NCBI RefSeq assembly: GCF_902713615.1
Contig: NC_052160.1
Span: 94,040,493-94,104,492 of the forward strand
Direction: 5' to 3'
From: Scyliorhinus canicula
Taxonomy: Eukaryota
Length of the DNA stretch: 64,000 nt
The position numbers and the translations under genes are program-made. Positions 23,306 through 36,258 of the stretch are shown piece by piece. The notes beneath the pieces were generated by a model. It worked only from the letters and a program-made list of their open reading frames with translations. It was not told where the DNA came from and did not search any database. Every line of letters starts with the position of its first letter. Positions within the stretch are counted from its first letter, which is position 1.

Positions 23306-25270
23306 ATGGCTCAAAGGAGACCTGTCCCCAGATTATCAGAGTCTGAACTCGATCGACTGCTGGACATGTTGGCGGAGCGGAGGGACACCTTCTTTCCCAG
23401 GGTTGGCCAGAGACTAAAGACTACCATTGTCAACAGGGCCTGGGAGGAGGTGACAGAGGTGGTCAGTGCTGCCAGTGTCACCAGCACGTGGTGCCATAAG
23501 AAGATGAATTAACTCCTTAGGGCAGCTCAGGTGAGTCACCACCTCAGAGCCCTAGCATCACACTCATACCTCACCCCTCACATCACCTCCTATTCCCCTT
23601 GAGGCCAATGAAACTCACCTGCCTGCATCTCCCTTACATTGCACCCTCCACCAAACCCCAATACCTGTATTGTCCACTTTGGTCAGTTGCCACACACACG
23701 TACGCCACCAGCTACAGATCCGCTGTAGAACTCACCTCCCTGCGTCTCACCATGTCCTTTATGTGTCCCCAAGGACAAGATGGCCCATAATAGAGGAGAG
23801 CACCAGAAAACTAGAGGCGGCATCCCTGACCTGTGAGTCCAAACCCCCAAGGAGCAGAGGCAATGGAGATAGCGGGTGAGGCAGATGAGAGGGCGGTTTC
23901 AGAAGTGGAGGTTGGGATGTGGCAACCAAGCTATCCACCAATGCAAATTGATGTCCCTATAGCAAGTGAGTCACCCCTCTCCCACAAACCATTCCTTCCC
24001 ACAATCTCATTGCCTCTTGCCTTTTGTCTTTTGTCTTGCATAGTCACCAACAGACCAGGCCGGCCCGTCTGGGGTGCATTGCCCCCAGCCACATCTCAGC
24101 ACACCCCGGAGCACCAGTCCAGGGAAGACACCGACTTCTCGTCACTGCTGTCACCTGCACCCTCCACCATCACAGAGACTATCACCTCGATGGGGCATTT
24201 TAGTGAAGAGGGTCACCTTCTGGTGCGCAGGTCACACATGCTGCAGCACATCAGGTGGAGGCAGGGACACTCAGGGAGGGAGAGAGCATCAGAGGGCTTC
24301 CCGATCCCAGGAAACAGCTGTAGTCCAGACAGGTGTCGTTCTCCTGGAAGGTATGATCGCATTACCCATAGAGATGCAGACACAGAGCCAGGATTCACAG
24401 GAGGTGTGTCAGTGACTTTCCAGCACCTCTCAGTACATCTGGAGGAATCCATTCACCTTTCGGCGCAAGAGATTTTGCCAATAATGCGTGGTATCCAAGC
24501 CAACACTGAACGGGTTGTGTCTGCAATAGAAAGCCTTGGGCAAGAAGTCGGAGCCATGGGTCAAGATGTCCAAGGCTTGGGGGACACAGTGCGGTTTTTG
24601 GCTGAGGCACAGGACAGGGAAGCCCAGTCACAGGCAGGCATATACCAGGCCCACTTGGACATTGCTGCGGCACTCCATCACTTGGCCCATGGCTAAGGGC
24701 ATCGAGAGCCCTCATTGGCCGGGCGCTGACTGTCCTTGGCCAGTCACAGAGAGACATATCACAGTCTCAGAGGGGCATGGCACAATTCCGGAGGGACATG
24801 ACCAACACAGTAAGGGACATGTCTCACTCGCTGAGGGATGTGACGCAGTCCCAGTGCTCCTTGGTAGAGGGCTTTGAGACCATGGGTCATACGAGAGCGG
24901 GCCTCCAGGACTGGAAGTGCCATGTGATGGTGGAGCCTTCAGAGCTCACTCTGAACTCACCTTGATCCCATGGAGTAGCCTGGGAGCCACTGAGCACCCT
25001 GAGGGAAGAGGAAATGAAGGGGCCCCTGCCGGCGCCTGCCACAGGAGAGTTGCTGGACCACCTCAGCGCTTCCGAATCCCCCCCACCTGGCACTGGTGCA
25101 TCTGATGGGCAGCGGGCATCCGAACATCGGTTGGATCCATCCAGGTCCAGGCCTCCAGAGAATGGCTGCCAAAGGCTTCTCAGTTCAGAGAGCAAGACTA
25201 GCAGCAGGCCACTTCCAATTCTGATGTGCTGTCTGGATTAATATCTAGAAGGAACAGTAGGCTATGTAAA
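23306..25270 (+). pseudogene. Harbinger Myb/SANT-like DNA-binding protein gene (NAIF1-like), spliced, decayed
   Basis: Exon 1 MAQRRPVPRLSESELDRLLDML...AWEEVTEVVSA...CHKKMN*; donor cag|gtgagt at 23531; acceptor before 23774 giving DKMAHNRGEHQKTRGGIPDL; second intron ~23966-24043; coiled-coil-like third exon; stops and frameshifts. Confidence 0.8.
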
Positions 25271-26074
25271 ATTAGAAAGTTAGACACCACTTAAGTTGGC
25301 ACGGGTGTAGCACATAGGTGATAGTTAGGGGTCTGGGCACAACAGTGTATATAGTCACCAGTAAACACTTTTGCACCAACATTCAGGCTTGTCTCTATCC
25401 TCTGTGTTCGGGATGGGCTGGGGCTGAGGGTAGAGGGTGTGCTGCGTGGGGGTGGGGGGGGGTAGGTTGGAGGGCGGTGTTGGGGACAATGGGTGTTTGG
25501 TTCGGGTGGGGGCTGGAGGATGGAGTTGAGCAGGACCCCATGACACTTGAACGTCCCACCTGAGGTCACCCTGAGTGAGAGGTGGCAGGAAACGGGGCCA
25601 GAAGTGTGAGGTTGCCTTGCATGACAACAAACCCAGTGAGTGAACCCTAACCACTCACCAGATCCAGAAGCCCCACCCCCAATACCCCCCTCCCCCCCCC
25701 CCCCCAAAGGATATCTGGACCAATGGATTGGTCAGTGCACATGCAGGGATAACCCAGGCGGACAGTGAAAGGTGATCCTAAAGGCAGGAGTCAGACTTTG
25801 TCAAACGATGAGGAGCACCAGAGATCATCTCACAGCGAGTCATAATTATCCTCCATCCCATGGACAAGACACACTCCATACTGTCAACATGGGGCCAACA
25901 TTCTGTGGTGATGCTGGTAGGACCCTGGGAGAGAGAAGGGGAGCTGGGGTGGTGTGATAGAGTGATGGGCTGTAGGTCAGGAAGGATGAAGTGAAGAGAG
26001 GCGGGATAGGGAAGGTGGAGCGAAAGGCTGTGTGACAGGGAAGGTGTGAGCGGGTATGGGGAAGGGGCTTCCAT

Positions 26075-27280
26075 TTGGAAGGGTGGGAGAAATGGAGAGG
26101 TGTGACAGGACAGCGGAGCTGCCAGTGGCCAGTTCTCATATTTGGAAAATCAGGAGATAATGAAGTTGTCCCGTGTATGGCACCCCTGGAGCACACATTG
26201 GGCAGCCTGCCCTGCCAGCCCAGGTTCCACTCCCGATTCTTCCTAGGCACCCTCCTCATCCTCCTCCTGCTCTTCTTACTTCTCCTGCAGCAAGTCCCCC
26301 CTGTGCTGCACGATGTGTGCAGGGCACAGCAGGTCAGCACGATGTTAGAGACCCTCCTGGGGCTATATTGCAGCAACCCCTCGGAACTAGCCAGGCATCG
26401 AAAGCGCATTTTTAGGACGCCGATACACCGCTCAGCGATGCTTCTGATTGCTGCATCGGTGTGGTTGTAATGGATCTCATTGATCTGGTCCTTCGGACAG
26501 GCATCATTAGCCATGACCTCAGCAGATAACATCGTTGCCCAAGAGGAAGCACCTTGAATGTGCCGGGAACCTCAGAGTGCGCCAGGATGTCAGCGTCTTG
26601 CACGCTCCCTGGGTAACAGGCACAGATGTGCACGATGTACAGCTGGTGGTCATAGAGCAACTGCACATTTACGGAGTGGAACTTCTTCCTATTGGTGAAG
26701 GACATCCCCTAATGGGCTGATGCTCGTAGGGGGACATGCTTGCCATCAATCACCTCCAGACCTGGGGCATGCCAGCGATGGCGACAAATCCTTCTGCTTG
26801 GGCATCCTGTGTGCCTGAAGGTAATATAGTCTGCTGCCCAGATACATAGGTCCTCCGTGACAGCACGGATGCACCTGTGTGCGGATATTTGCAAGATCCC
26901 ATCCCAGACAGGTCTCCGTTCAGCCCCTCGAAAGACACAGAAGTATAAAGGTTCAGGGCGGCGATCACTCTAATGGTCACCTAGAGTGGGTGCCCTCCTA
27001 CAAAACCCTGCGGTGTCAGATGCGCCACCATTTGGCACAGTCCTCGAAGGAAAGGCGCCAACGGTATATACATGCCCTTACATGGCGCCTCCTTCGTACC
27101 TCCTCCTCGGTTTGTTGCATGGCCGGCACTTGCGCCTCACCAGCTGGACCCTGTTCCCCTGAGGCAGGCCCCTCTTATGCAGGGTCATCCCTGAGCTGGT
27201 CCTGTTCCTCCAGCCTCCGTGCCTCTGCAATGGCAGCTGCGGCCAGGTAGATAGTGAGCATAGCTGGCTGCATTCCAAAA
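26075..27280 (-). pseudogene. PIF/Harbinger DDE transposase (HARBI1-like), frameshifted
   Basis: Motifs IRVIAALNLY, VIDGKHVPLRA, FTNRKKFHSVNVQLLYD, YPGSVQDADIL and YNHTDAAIRSIAERCIGVLKMRFRCL across several frames. Confidence 0.9.
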
Positions 27281-27582
27281 TTCATTCTCTGCGAGTGGAG
27301 AAGGGGGGAAGACACAGTTAGCAAGACGAGTATTTCCTTGCCCATCCAAAACCAACAGGTTACATGGTCACCCTGGGTTGTACAGCAGAGCCACCTCCAC
27401 AGGTCCCTCCAATCCCACCCCCCTACTCAACCCCCTCAATATGTTGCCGTTGACACTGCACCACTGTCTCCATCGGTGAGTTGCACTGGGCCTGTGATCT
27501 TGGGAGCCTCTATTCTCACCATCTGTCCCTGTCAACAGGAGTTATGACAACCTGACCGACAGCAGGATGGATGGAAGAAAGG

Positions 27583-27888
27583 GGCGGTACAGCAGCATAA
27601 TAGCACAGTGGATATCACTGTTGCTTCACAGCTCTAGGGTTCCTGGCTCGATTCCCGGCTTGGGCCACTGCCTGTGTGGAGTCTGCACATTCTCCCTGTG
27701 TCTGCGTGTGTTTCCTCCGGGTTCCTCCCACAAGTCCCGAAAAACGTGCTGTTAGGTTAAATTGGACATTCTGAATTCTCCCTCTGTGTTCCCGAACAGG
27801 TGCCGGAATGTGGCGACGAGGGGCTTTTCACAGTAACTTCATTGCAGTGTTAATGTAAGCCTACTAGTGACAATAAAGATTATTATAA
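27583..27888 (+). mobile_element. V-SINE-type SINE, second tail type
   Basis: tRNA-like head ggctcgattccc, shared core, tail gacaataaagattatta. Confidence 0.85.
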
Positions 27889-27899
27889 AAGACACGCAC

Positions 27900-30600
27900 G
27901 ATTTGGAGACAGCTGGTGGTCCTGAGTAGTGGGTTAGCTGATAGTGTCACTGGTGAGGCCTCTACCCTGGGAGGGGCAGTGTACCGGGGAGGGTACCAAA
28001 GGACCACGGTGCATGTTCCCTTTGTTTGGGGTGAACTCTGCTATTCCCCCGCTTCCCCTGCAGTGGGACTGAGCTTCTGGTGAGTGCACTGAGTGGAACA
28101 CCTGGTGGGCCACTGATTGAGTTTGGCCACGCCCATTCCATTGATGCTACTGCTGCAGCCTGATGGTTTCCAGAGAGACGGCCTGATTGGGCTCCCAGAT
28201 GACCAGAGGCTCTTTGAACATTTACAGGACACAGGCAGCACTCAGCAGTGTGAAGAGCAAGGGGCCTGTAAGTAGCACCAAAGGGGTGTGTTTAAATCCA
28301 CAAACTACAGCAATGGCGACCTGAGCCAAGCCACTCCAATCCCGAGGGGGACACCCTGAGTCCACAAACCTGTCTTCAATTTGCTACTGCCTCCAGCCCA
28401 GGCAGCCATGCAAGTCCAGCAAGCCAGACAAGTTTTGAGAGCTTTTATGAGATTTCTTACCTTCTCACTCCCCCTCAACAGCCATGGCTCCCGGACCCCA
28501 TTGTAATGATTTGCATCAATTCGCGTCTGTGTGACGTACACTTCAAAGGGTTGGAGCATCGCGGAAGAGTGGAGCATACTGTATCCAACCAGCAGATGAT
28601 ATTAATTATGCAAATGACGGTTTTACATGGGCCAGCGGTGTGGGGCGCAAACTTCAATATTGCTGCCAATGAAGGGCCAGAGCATGGCGTTGGAATCAGT
28701 GCTGAGCGCAAACGTCGATTTTTAAATCTTCTGCAATTCTCCGCCGATCGCGATTCGCGCTTCCGGGCCTAGATTCTCCGATTCTCAGACTAAGTGCTGT
28801 CGTCGATGTGGGAACGGTGGCCTTTTGAAAAACTGGTGGAAAACAGCCACCGATCCCCCGTCTGTTGGGGGGGGCTTGCAGGCATGCAGCGTAGAGCACC
28901 CGGCTCTAGCTGCCGTTACGGATGGAGAATTGCCGGGTCCGTGGCCACGCATGCCCACTGTAGCGGCCTGCGGCGGCCACGACATGCAACGTGGCGCTCG
29001 CCCATGCCAATGCCACCCCCTTGCACACGGATTGGTTCTCCCCCCAAGGTGGCGGTGCTGGACTCGGTCCACAGTCGCCACACCGAGTTCCCACAAAACA
29101 TAGCATGAGTGACCCACGCCGTCGGGAACTAAAGCCGTCGGAGGCGGAGCATTGGGGAGCAGGGCCTCAGGTAACATCCTGAGGTCATCCTGAGGGCGGT
29201 CAGCGTACTCCTAGAGTACACTGTTTTGGAAGGGGCAGAGCATCCCAAAAGCGGCAATGCCCTTGATTTCAGCGCCAACGTGGATTCTCCAGCCGATTGA
29301 CAAACCAGACTTCTGTGTCGGAGACCGGTGTCACAAAGCGGAGAATCCAACCACTCGTGGTCCTGAGTGGTGGACGTCTCTGGTGAGACCTCTACCATGA
29401 GAGTGGCAGGGAACCAGGGAGGGTTACAAAGGCCAAGTGCAGGTGTTTTTTGGTTGGGTGAACTCTGCTGACCCGCTGCTTTCTCTGCAATGGGGCAGTA
29501 CTTTTGAGGAATGCTAACATATGGTGGGCCCTCGACTGAGCTTGGCCACACGCATCCCCTTGATTAAACAGCTGGGGTATGAGTGTGTCCTGAGGGGCGG
29601 CCTGTAGACTCCCAGATGGCCAAAGTTCTTCTGAGAATTCATGGAACGCAGGGAACACTCAGTAGTGTGAGCAGCCAAGAGCCTTTAAATAGCACCAGAG
29701 GGGTGAGTTTAAAACATGCACTGCAGCAATGGTGGTCTGAGCCAGGCACCCCGATCCCAAGGGGGACATCCCAATCCATGGACTTGGCACCAAGTCATTA
29801 CCCGCTAATGCCCCAGCCCAGGAAACCACCCTTCAGCAAGCCCGAAAATGTTTGAGGCTTTCTCAAGAGATTCTTTACCCTCCTGCTCCTGCTCCAAAGC
29901 CATGGCGCCCAGACCCTGTTTGGAAATACTTGCACTAACCCGCGCCCGCGGGACTTCTGAATAGGACGGGCGGAGCATCACGGAGGGGTGAAGCATGAAA
30001 TATCCAAGCCGTTCATGAAATTAAAGTCCACGCAAATGATGGTTTTGCATGGATCCGCCAGCGCGGGGCACAAACACGATATCGTCGCCAGCGAGGGACC
30101 GGAGCATGGTGACAGAATTGATGCCGTCCCCAAAATGGATTTTCTACATTTCGCACGATTCTCACTTCCGACGTCATGAAGCGGAGAATCCAGCCCCCGT
30201 TCTCCTTTCACTCTGTCGAATAAAAATGGGGGAAAGGGGGCGTGGTTTGCACCATCACTCTGGTACAGCTGGGCCTGATAGAGCCGACAAGATCAACTCC
30301 ACGGCGATCAGGGCACCATCTTTAAAATACACCCTGATCTGCAAAAATAATTCTCTTCCAACCACGCTCCCCCAAGGCCATGGAGGACTGCCCCACAAAC
30401 TTCGGGGCAAATCCCCCCACCTCTGCCCTCTGCCACTATCCCCTGGCACTTCCCCCTGCCTGGGTTCCAGGAGCAATGCAAAGCCCCTCAACCCCAGGGT
30501 CTCCAGGCACCGCCGCACCCCTGGTGTGGTCATCACAACAGGTTTTGGTTTTTGTTTTTGAAAACCAGCCGGCAGGGGAGCATTCCACGGGGCCAGACGC
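27900..30600. mobile_element. Cluster of nested or tandem Harbinger-type MITE fragments
   Basis: ~27930-28760 and ~29360-30196 are diverged copies of one family; MITE 28765-29353 lies between them; several ggagaatcc(a/c)(a/g)ccc-like ends. Confidence 0.6.
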
Positions 30601-30604
30601 TACA

Positions 30605-30935
30605 TATAGAACATAGAACATAGAACAGTACAGCACAGAACAGGCCCTTCAGCCCTCGATGTTGTGCCGAGCAATGATCGCCCTACTTAAACCCACGTAA
30701 CCCGTATACCCGTAACCCAACAATCCCCCCATTAACCTTACACTACGGGCAATTTAGCATGGCCAATCCACCTAACCCGCACATCTTTGGACTGTGGGAG
30801 GAAACCGGAGCACCCGGAGGAAACCCACGCACACACGGGGAGGACGTGCAGACTCCACACAGACAGTGACCCAGCCGGGAATCGAACCTGGGACCCTGGA
30901 GCTGCGAAGCATTGATGCTAACCACCATGCTACCG
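30605..30935 (-). mobile_element. V-SINE/HE1-type SINE with (catagaa)n CR1-type tail
   Basis: Well-preserved head ccagggtcccaggttcgattccc, core and tail. Confidence 0.9.
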
Positions 30936-31267
30936 TGAGGCCATTACAGTGTTAAGCCATTTCATTATATTTAAATTAATGTAAACTAATTCTAATCCGG
31001 TTAACGCTCTAATTACTGTAGGGGGAGGGGATGATCTCAAACTGAGATCTCGCTGGTGCAAATTCGTTATGGAACTCTCGTAAGATTTAGTGGCCATGAC
31101 AGGATCTGTGCCTGCGGCTAATGGGCACACAAAATCCCGCTCGTAATAACAGATGATCGAAATCTCAGTTAAATGGGTAGGTTGTAAGTGATTGAAATGA
31201 GAGAGGTACAAGGAGAGAATTTCAGAATATTTTTGACATTGGTTGAAAGATAAATTTTGGCGGGATA

Positions 31268-31830
31268 ACAACAACAACTCAGCAGTTTTTATAGCACCGT
31301 CAACATAATAAAACATCCCAAGGTCCTTCAGAGGCATCATAGAACAAAATAGGGCTCAGAGCCACAGAAGATGACCAAAAGCTTGGTCAGACATGTAGGT
31401 TTTAATGGTAGCCTTCATGGAGGAAGAAGAGGTTGTGAAGCAGAGAGATTTAGTGATGGAATTCCAGGCCTAAGCCACGGAAGGCACGACGCATTGGTGA
31501 AACAATTGAAGTGGTAACGCTCAAGAGACCAGAATTAGAGGAACGCGGTTATCTTGCAGACTTGTGGAGGTGAGAAGAGAGAACTCAGGAGGGATCTAAA
31601 AAGAGGGATTTAAATTTTGAAATCAAAGCAATTGCATAACTAGGGTCAGTGAGTACAGGGATGTTGGGCGAACAGGATGTGCAGTGCATTAGGCCGTGGC
31701 AGCATATTTTGGATGACCTTCAGTTTATGGTGGGGCAGAATAAGATAAACTGGCAGGACTGCTTTCGAATTGTCAAGTCTCGAGGTAATAAAGTCATGGA
31801 TGAGTGTTCCAGTACTGAACGAGCTGAGGT
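31268..31830 (-). mobile_element. Old L2 LINE 3' fragment
   Basis: TLIHDFITSRLDNSKAVL resembles the L2 motif LIHAFVTSRLDYSNALL; L2-type 3' tail. Confidence 0.7.
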
Positions 31831-32416
31831 AGGGGTGCATTTCAGTCCTCACCTCAATCTCCTGGTGACACTGCCTCATGTAACATTTGAGAATTAAATA
31901 AGAGACATCCTGATTTGTGTACCTTGGTTCAACGCTTAGCAATGCATTTACCAGCAAGCTTATTTTTTGCAGATTGTAACAAAATCATCAGGAGTTAAGG
32001 CGGTTACATTACTGCACAAATGGTTGGCTTTAGTACTGCCCTTTGTGGACTAATGGGAAATCATGAACCACAGCCCACAATGGAAAATCATGGGCTGAAC
32101 ATGCATTTTTGCAACAGCTGAGGCTGGACTGCAACATGGAAACATTTTTATCATGTGCATCATTACATTGCAGCCAATTTATCTTGTAAAATGCAATGGC
32201 AGTGGAGGATTGTCGGGGTTTACGTGTCAGGCCACACCTCGGTTGAGTATCCCCATGGCTGATCCTATCAGATTAACTGGGGGGGTGGGGGACCAAGGCA
32301 CAGTTCCCTCAGCTAGGCAGCTGCCTGTGCTACTTACGGTGCACCACAGGTACCTGTCACTCAGGAAAGATGTCAAAATGCAGGATTGCCAAGATATGCC
32401 TCAGAAAAAGGATGTT

Positions 32417-32996
32417 GTGAACCACTCCGGTATCGGGCTGCCCGGAAGGTGCGGAATCCTCCGGCAGCCGGCGCGCCAACCGGCACTGAAAGGCCTCCGC
32501 CGGTCGGCGCAAGTTAGCACATGTGCGGGAGCGCCAGTGTGTGCTGGGCATCATCCCAGCACATGCGCAGGGGGGTTCTTCTCCGCGACAGCCATGGCGG
32601 ACCGTTACACCGGCCGCGCGGTGGGAAAGAGTGCCCCCATGGCACAGGCCCACCCACGGATCGGTGGGCCCAGATCGTGAGCCAGATCCCCCTGCGTCCC
32701 CCAAGAACTCCGCAGGCCGCATGCAGAGCCGGGTCCCGCCGGTACGGACCTGGTGCATTTTACGCCTGCGAGACTCGCTGAAAACGGGCAGCCACTCGGC
32801 CCATCGCGGGCCGAAGAATCGCCGGGGGGGCCACTGCCACAGTCCCACACCGGCACGGCGCGATTTCCGCCCCCGCCGACAACCCTGTGCTGGAGAATCC
32901 GACAGCCGGTGTCGGGGAGGGCGGGGGCGGGAATCGCACCGCGATCCTCCGGCCCGGCGATTCTTTGGCCTGGCAGGAGTTCGGAGAATCCCGCCC
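32417..32996. mobile_element. Harbinger-type MITE, left end truncated (related to 6515-7206)
   Basis: Shares gtgaaccactccgg, gagtgccccc, cggcccatcgcgggcc; right TIR ggagaatcccgccc. Confidence 0.8.
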
Positions 32997-33527
32997 CACA
33001 CTTCTCTACAAATCACTGAATATCACAGAGGTGCATCGGGTAGGAGTTCATATGCGGGTGGAAAAGATCAAATTCATGTGGATTAAAACGAGTCTGAAAG
33101 AGTTGTCTAGACTGGGCTCGAGGGAGAGTTTCAAGAAAAAGAAAACCACATTGGGAAGGACAGTTCTAAGATTCCAAGCTAAGGGCTAAGAAAATTTTAA
33201 AAAACTGAGGCAACTTAGGATTGATTTAAGGAAAATTGAATGTGTGCACAGTGTAAAGGAAGTGTAGAGTGTACCTTTAAAGCGTGTATTTTCGGTTGGG
33301 CTAAGAAGGAGGGGTATTCTCCCTAGGTACCAGGATGGCCTGGCTCAGACCTCCATTACTGCAGTGTGTGTTTTAAATGCACCCTTCTGGTGCTACTTAC
33401 AGGCTCCTGGCTGCTCACAGTGTTGATTATTCTCTGTGTCCTTTGAATGCTCAGAGAGCCTCTGGTCATCTGGGAGCCCACCCAGGCTGTTCTGTGGTTT
33501 AATGTGCAAATTGCCTCCAAAGATAAT

Positions 33528-33717
33528 GGCCGGAATTCTCCATTGTTGGGATTCACTTTTCCCGGTGGCTGCGCACCCCCAACAGTGGGGTTCGCGGTGG
33601 CGTGGGGTGGGTTCAATGGGAAATCCCATTGACAAGTGGCGGGAAGATAGAATCCCGCTGCCAGCGAATGGAGCGCAACTGAGAAACACGTGGCTTGGGC
33701 AACGGAAAATCCCGTCC
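33528..33717. mobile_element. Short Harbinger-type MITE
   Basis: Imperfect TIR ggccggaattctcc / ggaaaatcccgtcc; flanks aat and agt. Confidence 0.65.
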
Positions 33718-34459
33718 AGTGTTTCGTCAATAGTGCTTTTAGTGTGTTGTTACAATTAACATCTTAAAGCGTGAAATCTTGTTGTGACACATGTGGATCA
33801 TTACACATGAGAATGAGAGGTAAAAACAACATAATAGTTGGGTGCTGTGGAACTTAGGGATGGGAAAACTGAGGAACAAAAGGAATTTCAGTTTTTCATG
33901 TTCCGGGAAATGTATCTTGATACCAATAGAAACATACAGATAGCCAGATAATAAAAGACCATGTCCATTAAGTTGACCTTCCAGAATCCTGGTGGTTGCA
34001 GGATATAATAACAATACAAAGAGCAGGGAGAGAACGCAACATGGGAGGAACAAGAGGAGATGATTCACAAAGAAATGATCACTGTCATGTTAACAATGTA
34101 GAGACAAGTGTTGCTGCCAGTAAGAGAATAAACTGGTGGTGGGGAGTGAAGGAATAACCTTCTATCAGAAAGCAAGACTTTCCTTGTATCGTCTCCAGGT
34201 GTGTCAGTCAGGGGGTGAAAGAGCTTCTCCAATTTAGCAGTATTGAGATGTGATTCTAGATTGGTGTTAGTTCTTTTTTTGGCAATATGAGGAGTCAGTA
34301 GTGAGGCCAGAAATCCATTTGATGCATCCAAGAGTGTCGCAGCCACTTCGGTGTTGCTGACATCATTTGACGCCGAGATGAGTGTTTTACCTCAGGTCCT
34401 GCAGGCTTTCAAGCAGAAACATTTTAAAGATGCATTCCAATTCCACAAAATAAAAACTT

Positions 34460-35700
34460 AAGGACACGATTCAATGGATAGACCTCAAAGTGTGATTTAA
34501 GCCTGTTTGGTGGGGTGTTTGCGACAGCAGCAATGGTGAGATGGAGACCGCTATTCAACGGCACTTGGCCTTTTTTGGGGGGCCTGAGAAAGTTTCTCCC
34601 CGGTCAAGGCCACATTATGAAATTTTTCCAGCACTGGGGAGCTGAACTCCCAGCAGGACCAGCTCCTCCAAGATCGGGGTGCCACTTTGAAAGGTTGCTC
34701 CGATCTCTACACCCCTCCCAGTTTCAGGACCCCTCCCCCCCTTCAGCCCCTTCATTCCCTTCCTCACCACCACTTCATGGACATTGCTCTCTCAGCCCTT
34801 GGCAGTGCCAACCTGGCACTTGGGCACCTTAGTACTGCCAGCCGGGATGCCTGGAAGCGTCCCTCCAGCCCTTGAGGAAGCCACACTGGCCAGTGCCACG
34901 GATCTCGGCCGTGTGTGGCGGTGCTGGACACAGTCCGCAGCCGCCACACTGGGTTCACGACCGCTGAGACCACACGTGTTCCGCGCCCTCGGGAACTTTG
35001 GCAGGGCATTGCAGGAGTGACTGCCAATGACACTCCAATGCCATTGCAATGACGCGCGATGCAATGACTCAATTTCAGAGGGGTAGGAGAACGGCTGACC
35101 AGCGTCAAACCACTGCCGGCCTCGATTTGGGCATCAGGGACCATTCTCTGCCCGGGGCGAGATTCTTCGTAGCCAAAAGCCCAAATTGTGATTGGCGATT
35201 GGGCGAAGAATGGATTCCCACACTGAAATCGGGGCCGTCGCCATTTTCACGCCGGTCCGCCATGCTCCGCCCTCTCCAAAATGGCATCATAGCTCCGTTT
35301 CAGCACCGTTGGCACGTCATTGGCCAGCCCACCTGTGATGATCCGCCCCGATGGGCTGAGTCCCCGACGGTGCGGAACACGTGTGGTCCCGACCATGCGG
35401 AAACCCGGAATTCTGGTTGCGGACAGTTCCCAGCGCCGCAACACTCGGCCGGTATCCATGCCGCTGGCCGGGGTGCTTCTGCTGGGGCTGGGGGTGGGCT
35501 GTGGGATCACGGTTGATGGATTGCATTCGCACACGACCGGTGCCACGTTGAAGGGCGCGACAGGTGCAGATCGTCAACCATGCGCATGCGCTGCCTGGGA
35601 CCCGGGCATTCTGAGATCGCTTTCGGTGCGACCCGCGGGTGTTTCACTCGGTGCTGGTGTTAGCCCCTCACCGGTACATGTGTGGTCATGGAAATCCACA
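34460..35700. mobile_element. Nested GC-rich MITE fragments
   Basis: Segments shared with other MITEs in the window; TIR-like ggacacgattc and ggggcgagattc. Confidence 0.5.
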
Positions 35701-35729
35701 CATACTACACTTTCGTCAGCACTAATTCT

Positions 35730-36060
35730 CCAGAACGTCAGTCCAGAACTATACGGCACTGTTTTAAAATTCGGGGTTGTCCTTTCAGGAAAGAGATGAG
35801 GAGAAATCTTTTCTCCCAGAGGGTTGTGAGACTTTATAACTCACTGCCTCAGAGGGTGGTGGAGACAGTATCTTTTAATACTTTTAAGGCAGAGGTAAGT
35901 TGATTCTTGTTGGGAAAGGGGATCGAACGTTAATGAGGGTGGATGGGGAATGTTGAACTCAATACAAACAGATCAGCCATGATCTTATTGAATGGCAAAG
36001 CAGGTTTGAATGGCTGAATGGCCTACTTCTGCTTCTATGTCATATGTTTGCATGTTCGTA
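35730..36060 (+). mobile_element. CR1 3' fragment
   Basis: FRKEMRRNLFSQRVVRLYNSLPQ plus CR1 3' UTR. Confidence 0.85.
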
Positions 36061-36211
36061 TCAGAAACCGAGGCATGTCCTTATGTGACGTCTGTGCACC
36101 TGAAGGTGTAAAATTACAAATTGTAGTGTGACATTTCTGATAGGCAATATCAACAAATGCCAGAAACATGGAAAGATAAAATCTCTCCTTACATGATCAG
36201 CAGTGTTTACA

Positions 36212-36258
36212 TTTTGATACCTGAGGAAGGAGCAGTGCTCCGAAAGCTAGTGTTTGAA
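36212..36258 (+). ncRNA. Minimal type-I hammerhead ribozyme motif in a Penelope-like terminal fragment
   Basis: CTGAGGA (36221-27), A, stem II GGAGC-agt-GCTCC, GAAA (36242-45), palindromic AGCT helix III, CUA site, weak stem I gatac/gtgtt. Confidence 0.65.

Larger units (their letters stand above)
23055..27560. mobile_element. Decayed autonomous-type Harbinger transposon (convergent Myb-like and transposase genes); termini not resolved
   Basis: Two-gene architecture is diagnostic of PIF/Harbinger. Confidence 0.8.

Noticed and set aside
26075-27280. Host HARBI1 gene
   Set aside because: Multiple frameshifts and pairing with a decayed Myb-like gene indicate a transposon relic
27583-27665. tRNA genes at SINE heads
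   Set aside because: A/B boxes run straight into SINE bodies; no complete cloverleaf
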